DNA of 64,000 nucleotides. Origin: the human T2T-CHM13v2.0 reference genome, Homo sapiens. Positions 33,913 through 50,775 of this stretch are shown one piece after another. The notes below the pieces were generated by a model that ran no database searches, was not told the origin of the DNA, and was given only the letters and a program-made list of their open reading frames with translations. The stretch lies in NCBI RefSeq assembly GCF_009914755.1, contig NC_060926.1. One strand, given 5' to 3'. The position numbers and the translations under genes were made by a program. The number at the start of each line of letters is the position of its first letter. Position 1 is the first letter of the stretch.

Positions 33913-33966
<54 letters not shown>
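33912..33966. repeat. (AT)n microsatellite in Alu tail
   Basis: Directly visible, about 27 units. Confidence 0.95.
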
Positions 33967-33967
<1 letters not shown>

Positions 33968-35236
33968 CAAAATGGTAATTTTTTCCTATCCACACTTATT
34001 AGCTATGAATCTCCTATAAAGAACTTTCCCTTGTCATCTATATGGTTATCCTGAAATATAGTCTATACAGAAAAAGGCAGGATAAATGTGCGCCCCCCGC
34101 CCCCGTGTTTTTTTTTTAAACCAATTGTTGGAGTGTTGCATTGTTGCCTTCACAACCTCCAAGGTAACCAAAGAAAATTATTTTTAGTATTATTATAATT
34201 TTAATGGGTGCTAATGTTTTACATATATTCTTATATATACATATGTTACTATTAAATATACAATACTTTAATGTGTGCAGATGCTTGATTTCCATGTTAA
34301 TGCATTGTAATCATTATTTTTTATGCTCAAATTCTACCATCTTAGGCCTTTGCAGCACTTTTCAACTTAGCTCCTGTGCCTTTTTTAGCATGACCTCATA
34401 AGTACAGTATTTGCTTTCTGGAGTAACACGTCCCTGGCTCATCTTGGGTATTTCCTACTCTTTCATGAAGTCTTGGTTTCTTTTAGTAGGAAATGATCAT
34501 GTATTGATTTTTTTAAAATACACTTTTTATATTTAGAAAAAAAGTATTATATGGACTTTGTAAATACTTAACCTTAGAAAAATATAAATATCAATTCATG
34601 TTCTCACTACCCATTATTAACCTTTGCTATTTTTTCTCTTAGCAAATCGCTCTGCATGTATAGATAAAGATGGGATTATATGTATGCAAACTTATATTTA
34701 AAGTGTTTTCACTTAAGAGGAGTTGTAGACATTTTTTCATATCGGTAGAAATCCTCAGAAGCATTGATTTTAAATGACTTCTGAATGTTCAGTTCTATTT
34801 GCTGAGAATTCTGGTTGGTTTTCCTTTTCCTACTGTATTAAATAACTATTCAGTGGCCATCTTTGTATGTAAATCTTAGAGAAGCAATAGATTATGAGGA
34901 TACACTCGTAGAAGTGTAATTGCGGGCTTAGAAACATTTTTAAGTTTACTGATACATATGAATATATTGATTGTAGTATGAAAGATACTGGACAACCTAA
35001 TAGACACTGCATAAGAGTTGCTAAAAACCTGCTTTGAAGTCCCAGCTTTTTCGCTTTACTAGCTAGTTTCATGATATTTGAACAAACTAGCCAATAATTT
35101 TGAGCCTTAGTTTACTCATCTATAGAATAGAAATAATAGAACTTCTTGTAGGAACGAACAAATGGAGAATCCTGCTGTTACTTTGAGGATCAAAATAAAT
35201 AATAGTTCATTCTACAAATATTCTACAAATATGTGC

Positions 35237-35612
35237 CATCTATGGTTTGAATGTTGTTTATTTCCATCAAAACTTATGCTGAGGCTTGGCCCCTAATGTG
35301 GCAGTGTTGGGAGGAGATATCTTTAAGAGGTGATTAGGTCGTTAAGAGGGATTAATGCCTTTCTCCCAGGATTGAGTTCTCACTGTTTTGGGACTGGATT
35401 AGTTAATGCCAAAGCAGGCTTTTATAAAGTGAGGCCACCTCTGCTGTTTGGTCTCTTTACATATGTCCACCTCCTCTTCACCATGTTAAGATATAGCACA
35501 AAACCCTCACCAGAAGCTGACCAGACGCTGCCACCTGATCTTGTACCTCTCAGCCTCCAGAATCGTGAGCTAAATAAACCTCTTCCCTTTATAAATTACC
35601 CCAAATTTCAAC
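35237..35612 (+). mobile_element. MaLR solo LTR (MST-like)
   Basis: ctatggtttgaatgt...aatgtggcagtgttgggagg...cagcctccagaatcgtgagctaaataaacctctt. Confidence 0.75.
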
Positions 35613-37238
35613 TGCTTCTTAAAGCTACTCTTGATTTATTTTAATGGAACCTAAGTTACCACATCTTTTATTTTTTTTTTACTTCTCCATATGTAGTTCT
35701 CAATTTTGTTTTTATTTTAAAAATTTTTAGTTATCACAACTTAGTTGCAGCTAAGAAAATCTTGCTTCCCATTCATCCAAAAGCTGAATCAAGACTTTAG
35801 ATGTAGGCTTAAATAGAACAATAAGGTCATTCATTTTATTCCATTTTATATTGCTATCCAGTTTATATAATAGATATGCAGATACAGTGCTAAGCACTTT
35901 TTAATTCTTATACCATATCGTGAAGTAGCTATTGCTTTTCCCATTTTAGAGATAAGGAAAAGAGTGCTTAGAAATGTCTAAGTCAGTTGAGGCATAACAA
36001 AGTCAGGATTTGAACCCAGGCTATCTTTAAAACCCGTGTAATTAACTATTGTGCTTTAAATAATTGTTCTGTACTACCAGACAGATAGTCTAGCACTTAA
36101 CACAGTATCTGTAAATAGTTATTGTTTTAATTAAGTAACATTAACACTGGAAGCAAGGGATTAAGTCTTAGAGCCAGTTATCTAAAAAGAATGTGTTCAT
36201 GCATGTACTACATTTCACACTCCATGACTGCTTAAGAACCTTAATAATCCTTGTAGGCAACTATCTTATGATGTGTGGGGTTTTTTCTTTGTTTGTGCTT
36301 TTTGTATTTGACCACGAAGTTCGTGAGTCAGATCTAACACATATGTTAGTGTAGAGTCTTGTGAGCTCAGCTGTCTAGGAATGTGTTGTCATTCAGCAGT
36401 TTTTCATTATTGTCTCTAAACACATACGCCCACATCCATACACACCAGAATGTTGTCTTGAGAGCAGGCACTCTTGATGCCTTAAGTTTGTGACATATAG
36501 TAAACACAGTTAGAAATGGAGTGAATGAATATTCTGCTGACTGGCTTATGGACCTTTTGACTTATGGACCTTTTGAGTTCTTTTCAGTATTTGTCAATAC
36601 ATAGGTGAAGAGGAGTGTGTCACATAACGCAAAAGCAGTCAGATCTCCAAAGATGGGCAGTACCTAACAGGCTTAACTTAAATGGTGTGGGCTTTTATTT
36701 TCCTAATGGGTATCCTGTATATTCTCTAGCACTTTCTTGGGATGTTGCTTTGTACTCTTGAAAATATTCTTGAGAATATTAATGTAATAGAGCAGTGATT
36801 TGATGTCTTTGTTCTTTGTAAGATAGAAGTGGCCATTTCTAGTGTCATCTGATCTCCATCTGTTCTGGAGAAGAGAGTAGACTTCAGTACCAAAACCCCC
36901 CACAAATACAAAGCAAGTAATAAAAAGGAGAATATATGCCAAACTACTAATAATGACTGTCTCTTACAGGCTTTTCAGGTGACTTTCACTTTTCTACCTT
37001 ATGTAATCCTTTAATGTTTGAATTTTGCATAATGAACAGTATAACCGTTTTTTAAAAGCTCGAATTTTAACTCTCTGTGATGGACTTAGATGCAGGAGTA
37101 GATGGAAAGAGTTTCATATTCTGACCACCCCCCCCCCCCCCACATACACACCCCCAACCTCAAAGGATATAGAAACTAGCAGAAGGATATGCTTATGTGC
37201 TTTTAAAAAGCAATGCCTTTTTTAAAGTGATGATTTTG

Positions 37239-37358
37239 GTGCTCGCTTTGGCAGCACATACCCTAAAACTGGAATGATACAGAGAAGATAAGCATGGCCC
37301 CTGCACAAGGATGACACACAAACTTGTGAAATGTTACATATTTACAAAAAAAAAAAAA
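37239..37358 (+). pseudogene. U6 snRNA processed pseudogene, full length with poly(A) tail
   Basis: gtgctcgctttggcagcacata...gatacagagaaga...gcatggcccctgcacaaggatgacac...catattt matches U6 with CpG decay and is followed by an A-run. No obvious upstream PSE/TATA. Confidence 0.93.
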
Positions 37359-37415
37359 TATTTCAATGGTCAGTAAATGTCCCAATCATAGACAACCAGA
37401 TCTCACACAACATCT

Positions 37416-37768
37416 CTGTCGTAGTCCATTTGTGCTGCTATAACGAAATATACGAGTCTGGGTAATTTATAAAAAACAAATTTATTTCTCACAGTTCTGA
37501 AGACTAAGTCCCAGATCAGGTGCTGGCATTCAGAGTCTGAGGAGGGCTGCATCTCACATGGTGAAAGGTGGAAGGTCAAAATAGGGACAAATGCCATGTC
37601 TTCACAATGGCAGAAGAGAGCAATCCACTCCTGTAGGTCCTCGTTATAGTGACAGGAGGGCAGAGTCCTCATGACCTAAAAACCTCCCATTAGTTTCCAC
37701 TTCCCAACACTTGCATTGGGAATTAAATTTCCAACCCATGGATTTTAAGGTATATTCAGACCATAGAA
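37416..37768 (-). mobile_element. MaLR solo LTR (MST/MLT1A-like)
   Basis: tagtccatttgtgctgctataac...atttatttctcacagttctg...attcagaccatag. Confidence 0.75.
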
Positions 37769-37799
37769 ATACCCTAGAGGTGATAGTGACCCCATTGAC

Positions 37800-38340
37800 A
37801 ACTCCTGGCCTTTGTGGAGAATGGTGAGGGTCTACCCTTAATGTCTGTAAAGATAGATTTAGAAAACAGAATTGACTGAAATCGTGAACTGAATATACAT
37901 GGAAGAGTTGAGTAAAGTTTGCTGTGACAACCAAGTTTAGTGATGGAGTGAACAATGGATCCATTCACTGGGAAGGGGAACATTGAAAAAGAAGCAGGAC
38001 TTAGATGAAATTTGGATTGCCTGGAGGACATCTATAGGGAGCAGCAGTTGGAAAGGTAGGCCATTGGTCGGGCTAGAAATGGATTTCAGATTGTTGAAAC
38101 CATAGATGAGATCACCCAGAGGGAATATAGGGTGAGGTGACAGCCAAGAGTGGAACCTTGAAGGACATCAACATTGGAGTAGAGTCATTGAATTAAATGC
38201 AGAAAGGAAAATAAATAAATAAATAGATGCAGGAAAGGAAAGGGCATTGGGAGAGAGAAGAAAACAACTAGCGGAGAGCAGTGCATGAATGCGAAAGGGG
38301 GAAGCTAAATGTCCATGCGGATTCAGCTTGCAGTGTTGTA
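37800..38340 (-). mobile_element. L2 fragment
   Basis: Purine-rich L2-like sequence, e.g. gatgagatcacccagagggaatataggg. Confidence 0.5.
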
Positions 38341-38570
38341 ACTGTTCATTTTATATGAAAGTAATATGTTAACAGCCCCCCACATACCACCACTTTGGGA
38401 TTCAAGTATACACCAATAATTACCATCAGAAGGAAGCCTGTCCCCATAGCAGGTACGGATTGCCACAACCCACTTTAGAATCCTGTCACTGTCTGGCTTT
38501 GTCCCAGTCACATTAATACTTTTGGCTTAGCCCAAGGAATCCTGCTGAGGTTTATTATAAACCATTTTTT

Positions 38571-38869
38571 GGCCAGACGTGGTGGCTCACACCTGTAATC
38601 CCAGCACTTTGGGAGGCTGAGGTGGGTAGATCACGAGGTCAGGAGTTCAAGACCAGCCTGGCCAACATGGTGAAACCCCGTCTCTACAACAAAAATTAGC
38701 CAGGCATGGTGGTACGTGCCTCTAGTCCCAGCTACTGGGGAGGCTGAGGCAGAATTGCTTGAACCCAGGAGGTGGAGGTTATAGCAAGCTGAGATCGCAC
38801 CACTGCACTCCATCCTGAGTGACAGAGCAAGACTCCATCTCAAAAAAAAAAAAAAAAGAAAAGAAAAAA
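38571..38869 (+). mobile_element. Alu (AluS-like)
   Basis: Dimer; TSD aaaccatttttt. Confidence 0.92.
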
Positions 38870-39272
38870 CCATTTTTTAATGGACAAGGGAATTGTATTT
38901 GAAAGCCAAATGAATTATTTTATTAAAATATCTATTTCTGTTCATTTTCTTCGTGAACTTCAGTTATGTCCAAAACATAGTTAAGGCTGTTTTAAAACAA
39001 TATTAAGAAAAACTTAGAACATACAGAAAAGTTAACTAACAGTGAAAACCCACACACCCACCAACCATCTAAATTTTAAAATTACAATTTTACCATATTT
39101 GCAAATGTGATAATCTGACTTAGAAGTAGTTTGGGGAGCAGAAAGGACATCAGTGTGTCTGGACCTCTAGGATCAAGGCCAGAGGCTGTGCTGTGAGTTG
39201 GAGATAGGTAAAACCTAGAGGGCCATGGTAAGGAATTTGGATTTTATTTATTTTAAAATTTTTTTCCCATAG

Positions 39273-40067
<795 letters not shown>

Positions 40068-41280
40068 TGATGTTTGGTTTTCCATTCTTGAGTTACTTCA
40101 CTTAGAATAATAGTCTCCAGTCTCATACAGGTTGCTGCAAATGCTGTTCATTCCTTTTTATGGCTGAGTAGTAGTCCATCATATATATACATACATACAC
40201 ACACACACACACTCAACAGTTTCTTTATCCACTCGTTGATTGATGGGCATTTGGATTGGTTCCATGATTTTCCTCTGGGTAGATACCCAGTAGTGGGATT
40301 GCTGGATTAAATGGTAGTTCTACTTTTAGTTCTTTAAGGAATCACCACATTGTTTTCCATAGTGGCTGTACTAGTTTACATTCCCACCAGGAGTGTAGAA
40401 GTGTTCTCTGATTACCGCATCCATTCCAATATATACTGTTTATTGATTTTTTAATTATGGCCATTCTTGCAGGAGTAAGGTGGGTATTGCACTGTGGTTT
40501 TGGTTTGCATTTCCCTGATCATTAGTGATGCTGAGCATTTTTTTCATATGTTCATTGGCCATTTATATATCTTCTTTTGAGAATTGTCTGTTTATGTCCT
40601 TAGCCCACTTTTTGATGGGATTGTTGGTTTTTTTCTTACTGATTTGTTTGAGTTTGTTGTAGATTCTGGGTGTTAGTCCTTTGTCAGATGTATAGATTGT
40701 GAAGATTTTCTCCCACTCTGTGGGTTGTCTGTTTACTCTGCTAACTGTTCTTTTGCCATGCAAAAGCACTTTAATTAAGCCCCAGCTCTTTATCTTTGCT
40801 TTTATTACATTTGCTTTTGGGTTTTTGGTCAAGGAATTTGGGTTTTATTCTAAGGGCAGTGAAAAATTATTGAAGACCTTAACCAGTGGATTTGTGTTAT
40901 TCCCTTAAATTCCTCCAAATATGTATAAAAGGAAATACTGCTGATGATAAAGGGGAGATGAGAAAGGTAGGTGGATTGTTATGGTGAAATATATCTTTAA
41001 ACCACTGGAACCCTTCTCGAACCATTGCTACTTCCAACTTGGGCATCTCCATACTCTAGGGATTGTCAGTTTCAAAACTCAGACATGTGCCCATGTGCTG
41101 CACATCCTTCAAGGTCACAGAGCACTCTGAATGGCTTGATGGTGGACCAGGCCCTTTGGAAGGCAGCGTCCCCCCCGGGAGAAAGCAGTACCAGCTGAAG
41201 AGTCCACTCTTAAAGGTGCCTTTGCTGTCACTTGAGCATTGTCTGAAGGTCACACATGATCCTGTGAAGGAATTAACTCC

Positions 41281-41586
41281 TGTGTTGCTTAACAACTGGG
41301 ATGGATTCTGAGAAATGCATCAGGCAGTTTTGTCATTGTGCAAACATCATAGAGTGTACAGTACTTACACAAACCTAGATAGTATAGTCAACTACATAGT
41401 AATCTATGTGATATAGCCTATTGCTCTTAGGCTATAAACCTGTACAGCATGTTACTGTGTTGAATACAGTAGGTATTTGTAACACAAAGCACTAAGTGAT
41501 AGGAATTTTTCAGCTGTTATGGGACCACTGTCATATAATGCAGTCAATCATTGACTGAAACCTCATCAGGCAGCTACATGACTGTG
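41281..41586 (+). mobile_element. Tigger3a/MER7-like TcMar DNA transposon
   Basis: gcttaacaactgggatggattctgagaaatgcat...tacttacacaaacctagat...catgactg. Confidence 0.8.
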
Positions 41587-41788
41587 TAAGATATTTAAGC
41601 TTAATGCTTAGCAAACCTGAACATAAGAAACAAATTCTGTAATGCAGAAGTTTTGGGGAGTGTTATTTCCTTGTTTTTGCCTACCAAAATCTTGGGTAAT
41701 TTTATTAAGAGTTGATGAGCCTAAGAACATAAATGATTTTTGAGAATTATTACACTCATACTTTAAAAATAAAGAGGATAGTTTCTAA

Positions 41789-42522
<734 letters not shown>

Positions 42523-43142
42523 TGTATTTCTGTAGAATACAGTCTTACTAGTTCATATGTTCTGTAAAATCTTAGCTGGCTGGTATATTAATTAACAGAA
42601 ATGATTATGTCATGCCTCCCCTTGCCCACACAGAAGTATTTTATATATGTGTTCTTTTTGGTGGCTGTACTCTTTCTGCTGTAACCAACTTTTGGTATGT
42701 GGTAGGACTTGTAAACCTCTGTTACCCTGGAAAGTCACATCTTTCACCATTGAGCCAGAGCTGAAAATATCTCTGTTGCATAGCACCGTAACACTTCCTG
42801 CAAAATACCATTAAACATTCCCACCCTCCACATCACTGCTATTATTTGCAGAGTTACAGATAGGAAAGATAATATTTTCAGAGGACATATTGTGAGTGTG
42901 ATACACTGTTTATGGAGAAGCAACTTGCATGCTTCCCCCCCACCCCCTGCCGCCCACTCCCCTGCCCAAAGGAAAAAGTAATGATCCAGGAAAAGGAAAA
43001 GAATGATCCAGGCTTTGTGTCCCATCTGGCTTGTAGAGCGATCATATGACAGCTAGTTAAGAGTGACTCCCCTAACGTCAGTTCAAACTTTTAGGCATAG
43101 AAAAGTTATTTAGAAGTGGACTTAAAGATCCTTGGATTTTAT

Positions 43143-43454
<312 letters not shown>

Positions 43455-45084
43455 TTAAGAACCTATGACAAAGGATATGCATTAAACTATTTCTCTTTGG
43501 TTAATTTTGTCAAAAAAGGATTTACAAGGTGACAGAAGGTAAGATAGGCAATATTTGGGGTTAGAGATTGGTTGGAACAGTTCACATCAGAACATGTTGA
43601 GAAATAACATACTTGTTTATGATTTAGTTGTAGGCTTGACATTAGCATTCATTTGCATGTTTTAAACATTCTTTATAAACAAATATGTAAGTCACTCTAT
43701 TTCAAACTTAAGGGAAAAACACTCAAGTTTGTTCATCAAATCTTAGGTAAAGCTCAAAAGAAGTGTTATGATACTATGCAATGGATGTATTTTTGTGTTT
43801 ATATAGAAGGGGAAAACAAAGTGGGGTTGGGGTGTCTGAGAGCCACCTTTTCTTGGGTGTGTGTGGGGAGCACCTTGGGCAGTTAAATATAGGATGTTGA
43901 AACTTACAGTCAGAAAACCACTGATCTAAGTGATCCATAAGGTTTTTCTAAAAAGTGTCATCTTTCGGTGTCTGATAGGAGACTGTTTAGTGCCTGTGAA
44001 TTTAACTACTTCTAGTTTTTTTACTGAAAAATGGTAACTTCCAACATGTTCCCAAGTCACTTCCATTGTTTGTCTTGTTAACTTTGTTTCTTCATAGTGC
44101 CTTCTTGGAATAGTTGCATGTTCTCCTTTTGGATGATGTAATACTGTGGTTTATGTGGTTGAAATGTTGTTTTCTACTACCCACAAAAAATTAAGAACTT
44201 CTAGAAGTTCATCATCCTCAGGGTTTTATCCAGCGAGTTCTTTCATAGGAGATGGTCAAATCCAGGCAAAAAGAGTACATCTTGACAACTGTCACATAGG
44301 GGATTACAGGATCTAATGGGAGATTTTATTCCCCTGTCCAGGCTTCTCTCTAGCTCTGAGACCCTGTGACTGCCTGAATAAGATGGGTGTGCCGAGGAAG
44401 TGTGTGCCATATTCAGGGCAGCCCACTGGGGTGCTTAGGAGGAGCAGCGTGAACACCGGGAAAAGAGCATCTGGAGAGACCTAGATAGTAGGCTGTTGCT
44501 AGTGCTGTTTGGCTAAACACCCTACCTAACTTTTTGCCTCAGTTGCCTCAGCTGTAAAATAGATACTATCAATTTGATGTACAGTGTGGTGATTAAGGAC
44601 GCTTTGGATCAAGACAGATCTGAGCTTGTTTGACCACTTAGTACCTTGAGCCTCACGCTCAACCTTGCTAAACTTCACCAGTAAATAGGAGCAGGAGATT
44701 GTTAGAAAGGGTTTCATGAAATGATGAGTTCTAGTGCTCAGCATCAGGCCTGGCAGTAGCAGTTGCCCTGTGAGTGGGAGCTGCTGCTCTCTACCTCAGC
44801 AGCATCAGTCAGCATGTTCGTCCCCATTTGCGTGGTTAGGAGAGCAATTGATTTGAAGGAAAGAAAAACAAAGTGTTTTGAAAAATACAGTGTTCTGTAA
44901 TTCTAAGACATCTGTGTATTATCATTTCTTGCATATATTTGTGGATTTCCCTGTTCCTACTGATTTTGAAAGTTATGTAAAATGACTTGCCTAAACACGG
45001 GTTTTCTTCCCAGATTAGGATTTAGAAAGTCTGTCTTCCGTTGATCCCAGTGTTTGCTCACATGAACCTTGTGCTGTGTTCTAG

Positions 45085-45127
45085 GTAGCACAGGCGGAGT
45101 GCAGCGGAGGCCCCTGCCGCTGCCGTC
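45085..45127 (+). other. CAB39: 5'UTR portion (43 nt) of the CAB39 start-codon exon
   Basis: Acceptor gtgctgtgttctag| ends at 45084 and is followed by a GC-rich segment leading to the ATG. No promoter CpG island lies here, so exon 1 is inferred to be upstream of the window. Confidence 0.85.
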
Positions 45128-45241
45128 ATGCCGTTCCCGTTTGGGAAGTCTCACAAATCTCCAGCAGACATTGTGAAGAATCTGAAGGAGAGCATGGCTG
45201 TTCTGGAAAAGCAAGACATTTCTGATAAAAAAGCAGAAAAG
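45128..45241 (+). CDS. CAB39: First coding segment (38 codons) of calcium-binding protein 39 / MO25alpha, the LKB1-STRAD scaffold
   Basis: Manual translation [38 protein letters not shown] matches the remembered MO25alpha N-terminus. ATG context gccgtcATG, in-frame upstream TAG at 45086-45088, phase-0 donor AAG|gtatgg at 45241/45242. Confidence 0.96.
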
Positions 45242-45494
45242 GTATGGATTTGGCTTTATTTATATTTGAAATATCTTAATTAGCAAATGCAAGACACCTT
45301 ATATGAGGAATCAGTAAGTCCCAATTTGGGTTTATTTTGGATTTTAAAAATAACATCCAAAAGCAACATATGCTGCTGTTGCAACATACTTTTTCTTCTG
45401 TATTTTCGTCTAACAAATAGATTTCTAACTGTTCTGTCAGGTTTTCGAGTTTATTTAAATTGTGTTTATTTCATCTTGAAGTGTTTGATTCTAA

Positions 45495-45621
45495 TTTATT
45501 TATTTATTATTACTAATTATTTTTGTAGAGACAGGGTTGTGCTATGTTGCCCAGGCTAGTCTCAAACGCCAAGCCTCAAGCGATCTTTCCGCCTCTGCCT
45601 CCCAAAGTGCTAGGATTACAG
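45495..45621 (-). mobile_element. FLAM/Alu left-arm fragment
   Basis: tttttgtagagacaggg...cccaaagtgctaggattacag. Confidence 0.8.
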
Positions 45622-46134
45622 TTATCAGTTATCTGCTTGGTTGGTTTGTTTGTAAAAGTTTTAGAGCAAGAACAAAAGGAAGTAAAGTATACTTGAAAGA
45701 AGGCCAAGCAGGCAACTTGAGAGCTATAAGTGCCACAGTTACCTGATTCTTGAAATCGGTTCTTCCCCCACAATCTTCCTGGGAGGACACCCCTCCTGGT
45801 TTTCTTCCTGTATTCAGTGTATCCGTGCCAAATGCCTCCATCTACCCAGTCACCACAGTCCAAAACCCAACTTTCATCCCACTTGTGACTTGCCCTCTCT
45901 TCCCTAAAATATAATTTTTCACTAAATCTTGTTCAACTCCCTAAATTGTTTATGATTCAGTTCTGACTTCCATTCCTTCTTGAAGAAGTTGTTCATACTC
46001 TTTGTGATTTTAGCAGTAGCCTTCTTACTGCACTTTCTAAAAATCTCTGCTTTACATTTTCAGTGTAGATTCTTCTTGTAACACACAGGATCTTCGTGAT
46101 CTGATCTTTATTTCTCTAAGTAAATTGTAGAGGT

Positions 46135-46695
46135 TTAGTGTCACTTATCCAAAATGCTTGGGATCAGAAGTGTTTCAGAGTTTGGATTTTTTTTTTTTTT
46201 TACTTTGGAATATTTGCATGTACATAATGAGATCTTGGGGATGGGACCCATGTCTAAATATGAAATTCATTTATGTTTTATATACACCTTGTATACATAG
46301 ACTGAAGGTAATTTTATACAATATTTTAAATTTGCATTAAATGAAGTTTGTGTACATTGAAGTATCAAAAGGCAAAGATGTTGCTATCTCAGCCACCAAT
46401 GTCATAGTCTCTGGTTCTGTGGCATCATCATCATTCCTGACTCTGAATTTATATGCTACCGATAAGCAGTCATTTTCTTACACTTATTCACATGTAAGTA
46501 CTTAACTGTAAAAAATATGACATACCATTAATAATACCAGGCTGGAGTGTGATGGTACTGGAACTAAGGTGGTACCTTAGTTCAGGGTAACTAAGCAGCA
46601 TAGTTGTTGTATCACTTGTATCTGTTGTAACCTCTTAGAATGTCATAATCATTATTTGATTTGGGATTTCTGTCATAAGGATTATACTTCAGTGT
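46135..46695. mobile_element. Tigger4/Zombi (MER46)-like DNA transposon
   Basis: cttatccaaaatgcttgggatcagaagtgtttcaga...ggggatgggaccca; end gggatttc...ataaggattatact. Confidence 0.7.
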
Positions 46696-46986
46696 AGTAC
46701 GGATGCTTTCAGGTGAGTTTGAGGAGTATACAACTAATTATTCCTACTCTAAATGGTCCTGGCTTCGGTACCTATGAGTTATCATTTCTGTTCTGTCTGT
46801 ATTTTCCTTTATTGCTTATTATCTTTTGGTATGTGCTGCTGGCTGATCTTAAGCTTACCCAGCTTCCTTGCATTTTCTCATTCTGTTCAATGTTTCTAAT
46901 GCCCTTTGGACTGGGAAACTAGATTAATTGAAACAATTTATAATAAGACAATATAGATTCTAAGAGAACTTCCTTGGGTAAGGTAA

Positions 46987-47451
<465 letters not shown>

Positions 47452-48436
47452 TAGAGGGGACTTTTGACTGAACCACATTAACATCTACTAACTCAGAGGG
47501 TAATAGCACATAACTTGACCTCCCTCTCACAGTTGGACATCTTCAACTTTAGGAAGCACTCAGCAGTCCTGATAGCCCTACAGGCTTTGCACCAGGTGGA
47601 GGCAGCTAACAGCCAGCAAAGAGCAGAGGTACCCAAGACTGGCCTCTAGAGGCAGTCGGGAGAGAGCAGACCCCACAGAGTAGACATGATACATGTCTTC
47701 TGGAACTGCCCTCAGTGGCTATTCCTTAATCCTTATCTTAAAACTGCAAATTGATGAAAGGATAATGTGTATGTCCCATAAATTAAAAATGGTTCATCTT
47801 TTGTCTGTGGCTAAATATGTTGTCTACTCATTACATTCATTCTATTCATCAGAATCGTACTGAACACCTAAATGCTGGGTCAGATTTTAGGCACTGGGGA
47901 TATAATACTCAATAAGATGAACAAGGTCTCTGCTCTTTCGTAGCTTCCGTTCTAATTAAGAAAGCTGGACAGTAAATAAGTAAACATAGCTGAAAAAGAA
48001 TTTCAGTTGGCAGCAAGTGCCACAAAAGCAATAGAATGTACTGATGTGATGATAGAGCACATTTCTTAAACTTTTGGGTCTCAAGACCCCTTTTATACTC
48101 TTAAATTATTGAGGACCCAAAAGAGATTCGTGTAAGTATAGGTGTGTTATCTATTGATGCTACCCTATTACAAATTAAAACTGAAAAATTTAACAATATT
48201 TATTAATACATTTAAAAGTAATAAACTCATTACAAGTTATAAATAATGTGTTTTAATGAAAAATAACCATATTGTCCAAAACAAAAAATTTAGTGAGAAG
48301 TGTAGCATTGTTTTAAGTTTTGAAAATCTCCGTGTCTGGCTTAATAGAAAACAGCTGGCTTATCTTAGCTATGTTTGTAATCAAACTGCTCAAACATTAT
48401 TTTGCTTTAAGTATATAAAGAAAATGTATACTTAAA

Positions 48437-48730
48437 GTTGGGAGTGGTGGCTCATGCCTGTAATTCTGACACCCTGGGAGGCCGAGGTGGGTGGATCACT
48501 TGAGGCCAGGAGTTCGAGACCAGCCTGGCCAACATGGCAAAACCCTTTCTCTACTAGAAATACAAAAATTAGCCAGGCACGGTGGCACACGCCTGTAATC
48601 CCAGCTACTCAAAGAGACTGAGGCACAAGAACTGCTTAAACCTGGGAGGCAGAGGTTGCAGTGAGCCGAGATGGTGCCACTGCACTCCAGCCTGGGTGAC
48701 AAGCGAGATTCTGTCTCAAAAAAAAAAACA
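48437..48730 (+). mobile_element. Alu
   Basis: Dimer consensus. Confidence 0.9.
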
Positions 48731-48965
48731 AAGACGAGAAAAAGAAAACCTGGTCTCACAGCTGTGTAATTAGAAAAAAGAGCAGTATTTTAATAGCCTT
48801 TCAGATAATGTAAAATATTTAATACCATGCAATTGGTGGTTTCTTGATTGCATTACAGAACATTAAACTACATGAATGAACTTTTTATACTCTGTACTTT
48901 GAACGAAACTTTTACCAGTACATGATTTTATAACATGTTTTGGTTGTTCAGAAAGTACAAATGGT

Positions 48966-49629
<664 letters not shown>

Positions 49630-49966
49630 TGTTGGATCACTGACATATACAGATCTCCCAGATGTTGACACATTATACAGATTATAAAAATTAACATTTT
49701 TAAATAACACCACTGATCTCATTAGAAGAGTCTTAAGTATTGGGATGTGGTCAAGCTTATTCATGATCTATTCAAATTTCAGAATTCAGATTTGGCAACA
49801 AATATAGTTGGTCGTTTTCCTTGAAGTGACAGGTTCATTTTATTCATTTTAGAGAAAATAACTGCCAGATAATTCAAGTCTGAATAGTGTGTCTGTCTGT
49901 CTTCCAATAACAAAAGCAGTTAGTTGAACTTATAGCTGAAATAATCACACAAGGGCTTTTCTTTAA

Positions 49967-50395
<429 letters not shown>

Positions 50396-50775
50396 TGAGT
50401 GCACGGTGATGAAGACTGCAATAACTGCTATTAAAGTTTGGCGTCACTGCCTTTGTTCATGCTTGGTTCATGATGGTGTCAGCACCATCAGTATAAATAG
50501 CAATACAGAGGGAGGAAGCACATGTCTTATGAAAACAGCCTTGACCTTACAGACGCTTTGAAAGGGTCTTGAGGACCTCAAGGGTCCGCACTTTGAAAGG
50601 TACTATGATAGTTAAAAGGCTGTGTATGAGAGTGGCTGCAGGTAGGGAGAATGTCCTAATTTAGGTAGGTTATGTAGGGAAAGTCTTGTTGAGAAGGTGA
50701 CATTGAAAATGAGTCTTGAATGATAGAAGGCAAGTTTAGTCTCTGATGCAATCCATATCATCTGCTTGACTAAAT

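Larger units (their letters stand above)
32800..34500 (-). mobile_element. Old L1M 3' fragment(s) interrupted by an Alu
   Basis: L1MC-like 3'UTR motifs such as tttgaatcaggatcca and cattgtatttgact; boundaries approximate. Confidence 0.5.

Noticed and set aside
44957-45214. Minus-strand 85-aa ORF over the CAB39 exon
   Set aside because: Antisense shadow of a real exon; no independent gene signals.
45640-45745. Short LTR-like (MER4-group) fragment abutting a FLAM
   Set aside because: Too short to assign by eye.
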